Assembly (NCBI GenBank): GCA_051362555.1
Contig: CM120645.1
Coordinates: 6,386,001-6,450,000, forward strand
Reading direction: 5' to 3'
Length of the DNA: 64,000 nucleotides
Origin: Lingula anatina
Taxonomy: Eukaryota > Animalia > Brachiopoda
Shown: piece by piece, positions 55,101 to 64,000 of the stretch
Numbering within the stretch: position 1 is the first letter of the stretch
Layout of the letters: every line of letters begins with the position of its first letter
Notes under the pieces: model-generated
The model's input: the letters and a program-made list of their open reading frames with translations, nothing else
What the model was told of the DNA's origin: nothing
The model's database searches: none
Translations under genes and position numbers: made by a program

Positions 55101-58100
55101 GTACAGACACATATATATATATTTACTGTACTGTTTGAGAACAGTAAGTGACATGGTTTTTCTTAAATGGTCATCATGGGAGCAGTGCCCAAAATAAGTT
55201 TTTTTCAAATTTTGATGCAATATTACATAATGTTTAACAGCATAATTACCATCAATTTTTAATAATAAAATATTAGTATCATGGATATTCAGAAAATGTG
55301 ACTAGCAAAGGTCTTCAGGCCCATGGAACTTCAAAGACACAACTTGAAAATGCCAAAATGTAAACAAGACAGCACTGTTCTGAAATGTTTTTTTTCCATA
55401 TTTAACAATTTTTAACATAAAACAAAATTAACAGTTTACTGCCATTTTTATATAATCAACTGAGAAAATTGATGAGATGGGAAAAATATCAATAGAGCAG
55501 TGTTAAATGTCCAATTTCTTCCATTCTGAGATTCTGAACACAGTGAATGATTGAATCTGACAAACTGCAATGATATGAGTTTATTTCCATTTTTGACACT
55601 TTATTACACAATACACGATAACAAGTTTACCATCATTTTTACAAAATCAACTAACAATGTTGTAAAGATGCAGGAAATGTCAAACAAAAACTTTTACGTA
55701 TCTTATTAGTTTAATAATGAGACTGTTAACATGCCTAAGAATTGAATCTGAGGAAATGTGAAAATATGCTGAAAAGTGAAAAAACAGCATAACTTCTACA
55801 ATAATGGCCCGATCATGCTGATTTTCGAACTTGACCTGCGTTTTATGAATATTCATCAGCTCTGTAAATATAAAGCCAAAAAGTAAAACTGCCCTCCACT
55901 TATGGTGTTTACAAGGAAAGTGCACGGCGCCGGCATCGCCATCGCCATCGGCATCGCCATCGCCATCGGCGACGACAGACGCAGGTGATGGCAATATGTA
56001 CAGACACATCTGTGTCTGTACATAAAAAGGACAAACTTTGTGCTTTTCAATGACTCTGCAAACCAAAACAAGAATGCTTTTTTTTCTGTTTGTATATTTT
56101 CTTTAAATGAAGATGAAAATGTTTGAATAAGATGTAGATACACTGAGATAATTGAGAACAATTGATATAAGGGTTAATCTATATTTAAAAAAAATACTGA
56201 TTGTATTGATATATACATCAAAAAAGCACCTAGACACAAGTGCAATGTTCCCTCATGTTTCCCCAGTAATTATTCTAAATTTAGAGGAAGTATCAGCAAT
56301 AAATGGTCAATCAACAGATACTCTCTAGGCTCACTTATCATAATGATTTTTCCCAACTATTAAAGTAGGTATGATAGAGATCTTTAATTTCATATGTCCA
56401 TTAACTCTTAAACCCCAACTAGATCGACCTAACTCCCTGGGGGTTAACACTAAATAGCTGTCAGCCGAGCGGGCATGAAAGTCAATTACCCCCTTACAGC
56501 TTGTAGAAGGCGGGACGGACATTTAAACCGGATTATCTGACAGTAATCTAGTGAGACTCCCCACGGGGATAGATTGATCTCGAATCTATGGGAATGTGCC
56601 CTTATACTCCATTTTATCTCTTATATACCACTATTCACTTAAAAGTGTCTGTTTTAGAAGGTGCTGCTCATCATGTGAACTTACTATTGCCTATCCTCAT
56701 GAACATGGTAACTTACTATTGTCTATCCTGATGACCATGGTAATTACTATTGCCTTTCCTCATGAACACAGTAACTTACTATTGCCTATCCTCATGACCA
56801 CGGTAACTTACTATTGTCTATCCTGATGGGAAGTCTTGGTCATGGGTCTCTTGGCTCGCAGTGGGTTGTAGATGGTGTGTTCTGATGTCAGTTCATTAAA
56901 AACTGATGTGATGACCTGTAGCACATGGAGTGCAGAAAAAGTAATGACCGTTAACACAGAGATTATAGATATAATAGAGAGTAAAGAGTCTAGACGAAAA
57001 GCATACATGGATGACCAGTTTGGTTGTGGCAGATAACTGTCTAAAAATTTCCCCCCGTGTCTGGAATTTGCTCCCCTCCATCCCTCAGATTTTCGTGATA
57101 AAATTTGACCCATGGTAGTAACTTCAATTACCTGTTCACCCTACCACCCTTTATAAGGTGGAGGAAGTTTGCCTCATTAAATATTGTACCTGAAGGATCA
57201 TGGTAACAAATATAGTACCTGAAGCATCATGGCTGTTTGAATTTAAACAAAATCTTTTTTCTAGGGTTTTTTTTCCTTTTTTCTTATGAGGCTATAAGAG
57301 AAGAACTGTAAATTAACGGTCTTTTTAAGCTTGTACTCACTTGATGTGTCACCTCTTTAAATGCATCTTTTTTGTTCCCAAGCCATTTGTTAATCTTGTC
57401 TTCAAAGCTCGCAGGAATGATGACATTGGTAGGTGTTTCTCTTACAGAAAACACAAAATTGAACTTCCTAAAAAGTTCTCTGAAAATAAAAAACAGCACA
57501 TACTGGGTACAGACATTGAGCCAGACCACAAAATCAAGTAATTAAGCCATTGCAATAAATGGGAGATCTGAACTGAAATGTTCATAAAAACATGCTTTTA
57601 TTGGCCGGGCCTGTGGTTCTAGCTTTTAAAACAATGTGTAAGTCAAACTTGTGAGTTCATTATCTTCATTATTTTATATGCCTAACACAGACGCCGACAG
57701 ATGACATGATACTGGTACCTCTGTCTGCTTTGCCTATCCATAATCTAGATCTTGAAAACAAACAAAGTATTATCCAGCCTGGGAAAAGAGGCCAACTAAA
57801 GCAGCCTCAAATACCAGCAGTATCAGGCAACAGATAACAAAAGTAACTTGAATTCATGCATTACTTGTTCACTGCTAGGGTCAGGAATGATGTATGAAAG
57901 GCATTTACAGAATCTTTCAGTTATTCATTTTTAATATTATTGAAGTGCAAGGAATCAGCTGGAGAAATGAACATACAAAGGTTATTTATACAGCTGCAGA
58001 TAAGTCACGAAATGAAATTTATAGCCATTTCAGTCAACAAAGCTGCATTGTTACTATGTACAAATGAGCATTTTCTACATGGAAATTACCAAAAAAAAAA

Positions 58101-59470
58101 AAAATAATAATAATAATAAAAATACAAGTTTTACTGTATATTGTATATAGTAAGAGATTACTAGTACTAACAGTTTGGTAAGAAAAACCTTCATAAAATT
58201 TTACTGTGAAATCACCATTGTGAAATGTTTGTTTACAGTGAATTATATATTGAAGAAATTTGATTTAACAATAATAATAATAACACCAGCAACATACTCA
58301 AGAAGAACAAGAATAATATCAAAAACAACAATTTGTTAAGATCTATGCTTACCTGCATTGACTGTCTTGTGCATTTTCCCACTGTTTCAGAACATCAGCC
58401 AATATGCCTATCTCCATCTGTTGATATTCAGTGTAGAAACAGGTCTTTTTAAACCAGTGCTGTAAGTAAAAACAGTATCACAGATAGACTTAAAGATCTA
58501 CTAGTTCATATGTTTTCACTTATGAACCATTCTGCCATATTCTTGAAAAACTTAATAAATAATGAAAATGGCTTCAGGGAAACAAAAGGGCACTTCTCCC
58601 TTTTTTTATTATAAAACTCTGCTGCATCATACTTTACATGTGTAGTATAGCTTATTACCCAATGTATACATATTTATAAGTTTAGTATTTTATACAGCAT
58701 AGAAAACAGTCATATTAATGTAGAATGATCCTGCTGGTGACACAAGTGTGTTACAATTTTGGTTTTACGCAACAATAAAATTTACATGTTTTTCAATAAA
58801 ACAAGTATAATTTTCTGTCCTTCTTTTAAGCATAGTGATATACAGCCACATTAATTTCTGGTTTAGCCAATAAATGCTTTTTCCCCTCACTAACTATTAT
58901 TTCATCAAGTGGCAGAAATTACTAACGTCAGGTTAGCTTTTCCAACCTTTCTAAAAGTAAAAGCGTACTATAGCATTTCTTGTTAATGTCATTTAAGAGA
59001 GGTACTTTTTTATTTTAGTGCATTTGTATATAGGTCAAAACAGACGTCATTTGAAACACATATATCAAAACCTGAGTAGAGCAAAATTTTGAAGTGTCAC
59101 AACTAATCCCCACATAAACCTAAAATCCAAGGTGATTTTTAGTCTCTATAAATAATATTGACAAAATATATGAAAATTAGAAAGTTTCTTGGCAGAAGGT
59201 ACTAACACTCTTGCTGGATGAGACGAGTTAAAATGACCAAATCATAAGCTGTCTCATTGATCCTTTTTTTTCTCCAATACTTACATGCGACCTGCTTGGA
59301 TTATTTCTATAATCTGGCCACACAGAGTAACCCTGGAATGATCTCTGATATTCTCCATGATTTTTATCTGGCCGTTTCCACACAGACAAAAAAGGCACAA
59401 AAATCAACGCTGCCAAAAACAGGCCTCCTGCGCACAGGGCAACCTCCCTCTGTCGCAGCTTGATGAGCAT
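47508..59470 (-). CDS. Uncharacterised ~459-aa N-terminally anchored GalT/HIT-superfamily-like protein
   Basis: 12 exons joining in frame: 59470-59285, 58459-58353, 57479-57341, 56915-56812, 52400-52338, 50239-50072, 49696-49566, 49012-48873, 48654-48570, 48277-48219, 47973-47857, 47588-47508. TM segment VALCAGGLFLAALIFVPFLSVW; NPLRAKRP; CDFC; NAFKYDRWHSLV; WDLLPHAMASQIHPHIH. Confidence 0.85.
49268..49507. mobile_element. Small MITE (PIF/Harbinger-like)
   Basis: TIR gggtgcattca / tgaatgcaccc ~240 bp apart. Confidence 0.6.
50915..51130. mobile_element. ~220-bp MITE family copy 2
   Basis: High similarity to 10785-11003. Confidence 0.75.
51338..51683. mobile_element. Kolobok-like MITE copy 6
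   Basis: ttaaagggataataactcttcgt ... acgaagagttattatccctttaa. Confidence 0.88.
53496..56028 (-). mobile_element. HINE-like element family B, copy 2 (inverted relative to 24136-26865)
   Basis: Reverse complement of the same termini, (GCCGAT)-type microsatellite and internal blocks; spurious ORFs 54867-55220 and 55680-56066 mirror 24156-25471. Confidence 0.8.
56410..56598. mobile_element. ~220-bp MITE family copy 3
   Basis: High similarity to 10785-11003. Confidence 0.75.
56679..56826. repeat. 32-bp minisatellite, ~4.6 copies, spanning an exon/intron junction
   Basis: ttactattg recurs at 56681, 56713, 56744, 56776, 56808. Confidence 0.9.
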
Positions 59471-60061
59471 GGTTGTAAGTTTTATGTCCAAGCATGACCG
59501 CAAAATGACTCTACATAGTTGAGTGGGCCAAGTTCATCCCTAAAATGAAATACACCGATGTCCATTACCGCAATTATACTTCCTCTATTGGCCTAAATGA
59601 GTATATAAAATCAACTGCAATATTAATGTGACCATTCAATATTCCTGCATCATATATATATACAGTAATAATTTAGTAATAATGTCTTGAGTTAAGCACC
59701 TTCGTATTCATGAGACAATTTATACATAATCAGCTTGTATCTTCACACATAAATGCAGAAGCCAAAAAGGAATGTCCAAATAAACCTGTGGACTAATTTT
59801 TCACTTGTGGTGTTTGCATTTTGTCAAACCATTATACCCAAAAACTCTACAAAGGCACAGTATAATTTCTGATAAGGCAAATGTATCTCATATCTAAATA
59901 ATTCATGATCACAGTTTTCTCATGCTGGTACTTCTTATGTTCTGATATGATCATAATAAGAAACAGCCTACAATCATTTCATAACTTAACAAATGCTTAC
60001 ACTATTACTAGTACACATTTGCTGATAAGGCCAATCAAGAACAGATATTTATGTAAGTTGG

Positions 60062-60412
60062 TTAAAGGGATAACAACTGCACAACTGCATTTTGGCCAAA
60101 AAAATGGGGTAAAGGACAATTTCCCCATACTTACCAATTGTAAATGAATCCATTCCCACATTCAAAATAAGTCCCTGTTTTTTTTTTTTTTTTCTAAAAA
60201 GTTTGTTTTTTTCGTAATAATCTCTTAAGAGATTATTACATAGTATAGCCATCTATGCAGGTCACGTGATGTGATGGCAAGTACAAATTCCAAAATAATT
60301 ATGTTAACTACAGTTTTGGGGGCAAAATAGAATTTACTGTATTTCTATGAGTTATTTACAATATATTTGTTGTGAGATATGGATATCTTACGAAAGGTTG
60401 TTATCCCTTTAA
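60062..60412. mobile_element. Kolobok-like MITE copy 7 (diverged)
   Basis: ttaaagggataacaac ... gttgttatccctttaa. Confidence 0.8.
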
Positions 60413-60479
60413 CTAGTGGCAACTCTCTGTAAACAAGGTTGGTGCATTGCTTCATAAAATATATTGATGTAATGAATAG

Positions 60480-60625
60480 CTTTTGATGACATTTTCAGGA
60501 AAGGTCACAAATAGCCAAAGGAAGAAATGATTAGATTTTGGTGATGAATTTATTGATTAATGGCTAATTATTAGTTAATTACTGGTCTTTGTGGAGGTTG
60601 TCCTCTCCAAGTGCTTTTCTAGTTA
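60480..60625 (+). mobile_element. 3' end of a third HINE/Helentron-like family
   Basis: gattagattttggtg ... ggaggttgtcctctcc hairpin then gtgcttttCTAGtt. Confidence 0.45.
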
Positions 60626-62699
60626 TAATCAATACATTTTAAAAAATAGTGGAACCAATAATACCATGATAAGCATCATCCCCAAAATATATAGAAAATA
60701 AAGCAACTCATGGGTTAATATAGTAGCAAGGAAACATTTTGATTAAATAAACAAGTGTAAGTAATCAAATAATATTAGTTTGTCAAACTGCATGACCATG
60801 AGAAAATTTGTTGATAAAAAAGAATTTCACAAATTTTATGTTTTTTTTTTTTTTCTTAGTGTTTAGCTCTTAATACACTAACAAAAAAGACATTCCTCAT
60901 AAACAATAAGTTCGGTATAAGATAATGCAGTTGATTTTGGTTGGAAAAAAATATTAAAAGAGTACAAAGTATAATTATAAATTACATATTATTAATTATA
61001 TATTATAAATATAAATCTGAAAATGAAAAGATAATGGAAATAGAAGTCAAGCAGTCTAGTCCTCCATGCATTTCATATACACAGCATTCTAGCAACAAAA
61101 CCAACCTTTTAATCTTGGTGTAACATAACAACAACAACAAAAATGATAATAATCTTGTCTTTACATAGACTTACTAATTCATCTTGCAACCATGCTAAAT
61201 AAAAATTTTAACTGCACCTAGTTTAACATGTACAGGCTATTCAGCAGTATTAACATCCTTGCTCTGTGGCACTTTTTGAATGGCGCTGCTGCTTGCCAAG
61301 CTTTACATAACTAGTATAATATATGTATGTATTGTGTGCATATCAGGTATGTCAATGGCACTTACCTAGTAATGCTAACTTGACACTTCCAACAAGTTTT
61401 GTATTGCAAGAACAGTGCATCCAGGCATAGAGGGTATCATCTGGGTTAACAAAAGGGAAGGGCTGGGCCTTTCACTGTACCAATATCAAAGGCCAGCTGT
61501 GTGAATGTTTATTGTTGGGCAAAAAGTCTCAGTTTACAAAAATGAATATGTACACAGCTATATAGTGAAATACTGGTACCTATGAAGGGTAGCAGGGACT
61601 GTAGTAAGAAAAGAAAATTAATGGGAATCTATGGGAATTTGACAACATTCTTTAAATGCTTTTAAACTGAAATCAAACTTTTTTATGTGTTATGGTAGAC
61701 TAGTATGGTAGTCTAATGACTTTCTATGTGGTTTTGAGGTTTATCAACCTGGCATTAACCTGATTTTACTACTGTAAACACTCTTTTAGTGACCAATCAA
61801 GATAGTGCCCTACAGCGTGTATATACATGGGGCAGTATGAATGCTCACCCATCTCTGTTCATTCTTGCCACATTGATTTTACTCAGGGGCAGGAGGGGGG
61901 GCTATCAATTAAGTCATCACAAAGACTGTGGGGTAATTATAGTACCTGTTCACCTACCTGTACTGTTTACCTTAAACTCCGTTGTTACCAAGTCGGTCAG
62001 AATGAACAAATCAAACTGTCAACAGGTAAATCAAAATGTTTAGATATCTATCATTAATGAAAGCTGTCTTTACTAAAAACTGAGATCTAATGAAATTATT
62101 TTCACTTTTTTTTTCTTTCAAGGGTACAAATAGGACGATGTGTAAGATTAAGACTATCTAAGATACAGGGTGATTAATTCAATGTACAACAAAGGATTCA
62201 TACGTCAAAGCCAATTGGAAACCTCAACCACTGACGACTGCTTTGCCAGAGTTGAGTACAACTCAAGTTCAACTTCAAGAGATGTACCTTAATTGAACCA
62301 ACTTGCAATATTAATGTCGATAAAAATGTGTTATCTAACAATTACTAGCATGCCTGAATGCACTTCAGGCTAACCTGGACGCTGCAAATCAAACAGAGAA
62401 CATTTTGAACCCTCACCTGTTCACCAGAACTGCACACCCACGCCACCTTGGCCGCCTGTGAAGGCACCAGCCTTGTCACGTTGATTTCACCTGGACGGAT
62501 AACTTCTATCGTAAATGTTCCGATAGAGGGCAATACTGCTGGCAAAGGAACAATATATCGAAAGTAGCGTATAACTTGCTCCCCCAGTGTCTTTTGATAA
62601 CTTAATTTCAACCCTGAGACCTAGAAAAAATATTGATCTTATATCTATTTTAGTTGAGCAGAAATAACAGACTTGCTTATTGTTCACATGGCAATTAAT

Positions 62700-62840
62700 T
62701 TTACCTGAAAGCGCTTCTTGCATATAAACATAGCAGCGCCATCTTCAGAAAGATAACACCGCGAAATTCACACGTGTGGTTAGGTGTTGACAGAAAATAC
62801 GCTTAAAAATTTAGTCGTTTCAGCAATAGCTGGTGAGTAG
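62700..62840. promoter_or_regulatory. Probable compact bidirectional promoter (GalT/HIT-like gene <-> right-end gene)
   Basis: Minus-strand donor CAG|GTAAA at ~62704, plus-strand donor CTG|GTGAGT at ~62832, YY1-like gcgccatctt at ~62736, E-box cacgtg at ~62772. Confidence 0.5.
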
Positions 62841-63173
62841 AATTTGCACAGAAAGAAACACCACTAAGTGAAGCTCTTTTTATTTATATTATAGCTTTAG
62901 CCTCTTTATATACCGCTCTAAAATGCTGAATTATATCTCGCCAAATTTGTTGGAAATTACTACAGGCAGTGTTAATGTTTCAAAATTCCAAAATTGCCAA
63001 CGATGGGTTTTTATTTTGCACCCTTTGTAGTATATGATTGCATTGGCTGTAAGGGGTTATTAGTCAGATCGAGATAGAAAAAAAAAACTAATTGATACAA
63101 ATTATTAAAATTTTTGTGTCTTTAGACTTAGTTGTTGATAGTTTTTCCCCTATTTTAATCTTTGCAGACAAAG

Positions 63174-63863
63174 ATGTCCCGAAAAAATAAAATGTGGGAA
63201 GATGGAAAGAAGAAGGTTATGGAGAGACTCGGTGAGATAGAGGACCTGCAGAAGAATCTAGTGAACTGTATTGAAAACCTTACAGGGCCTGTATGCAGAA
63301 ATGTAAGGTCATTCATCAATACCATAAGTATTATTATTATTATTTCTGTTTTGTTTTATTTAAAACAGAATAATCTAAGGCAAAGCAAATTTTTGAGCCA
63401 TACTTTACATAAAGTCATTTCAGAGAACAACTTAATCTCAGACACCCCACCCCCATGCATACACAGAAACTAACTCCCATGGGAAGCCCCGGACTATCAC
63501 TGAATGCAGTGGGAATAAAGTTAGTTCGTATAAACTAAGTTGATAAAACACATTCTAAACTGTCGCTAAGAAAACTGGTCATTTGGACACACCAGTTAAG
63601 TCTTTTTTCGGTCTAAGATGTCGTTGACGTGTACTTGATTGAATTATTATTTTTCATTGAAAACCACATCAGAATAATCACTGTGAAGTCTAGGTCAGCT
63701 TAAGTTGAACATATCTAGAGGGGTTTTTTGTCATCCTAGGGACGGGCTCTGCTGGAAGTCCAAGACAAGTCACAATTCTTGCAGAAGTATGCCTCTGTCA
63801 TGCAGAAAATGGAAAAGTGCAGAAATGCTCTGTTCCTTGCATCAATGACCCTTGATGAACAAG
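63174..63863 (+). CDS. 5' part of an unidentified gene with helical/coiled-coil-like N-terminus; continues beyond window
   Basis: Exons 63174-63301 region (MSRKNKMWEDGKKKVMERLGEIEDLQKNLVNCIENLTGPVCRN|gtaag) and 63740-63863 (GRALLEVQDKSQFLQKYASVMQKMEKCRNALFLASMTLDEQ|gtaag) join in frame. Confidence 0.7.
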
Positions 63864-64000
63864 GTAAGAAATTAAACCTTTATGAATGTTTTGCTCATGA
63901 ATTTATCCATTGGGCTTTTTATAGTTAAAACTATAGGTGGTATTGTTGATGACCCTATTGTCCTGGTTTTTCAGCTGTGACCATACATTTGTACTGTATA

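Overview
AT-rich, intron-rich animal (invertebrate, probably lophotrochozoan/mollusc-like; taxon inferred only) genomic DNA. By hand-splicing at GT-AG sites I recover: (1) a minus-strand secreted EMI + EGF-domain protein gene (539-7203); (2) a minus-strand transcript that appears to encode two complex III assembly microproteins in tandem, SMIM4/UQCC5 then BRAWNIN/C12orf73/UQCC6, separated by a 379-nt spacer with no sense ATG; (3) head-to-head with it, TDG with a long Q-rich tail; (4) IQCA1/DRC11 with two duplicated 72-nt exons that each complete the IQ motif (probably mutually exclusive); (5) a minus-strand, membrane-anchored GalT/HIT-like protein gene; (6) the 5' end of an unidentified plus-strand gene. 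Introns and intergenic DNA hold many non-autonomous DNA elements: seven TTAA-flanked Kolobok-like MITEs, two Helentron-associated (HINE-like) families, an IS3EU-like MITE, a CCCAG-ended EnSpm-like element with RTE and Penelope-like pieces, and Harbinger-like MITEs. All exon models are manual and lack transcript support; family names come from recalled motifs, not database searches.
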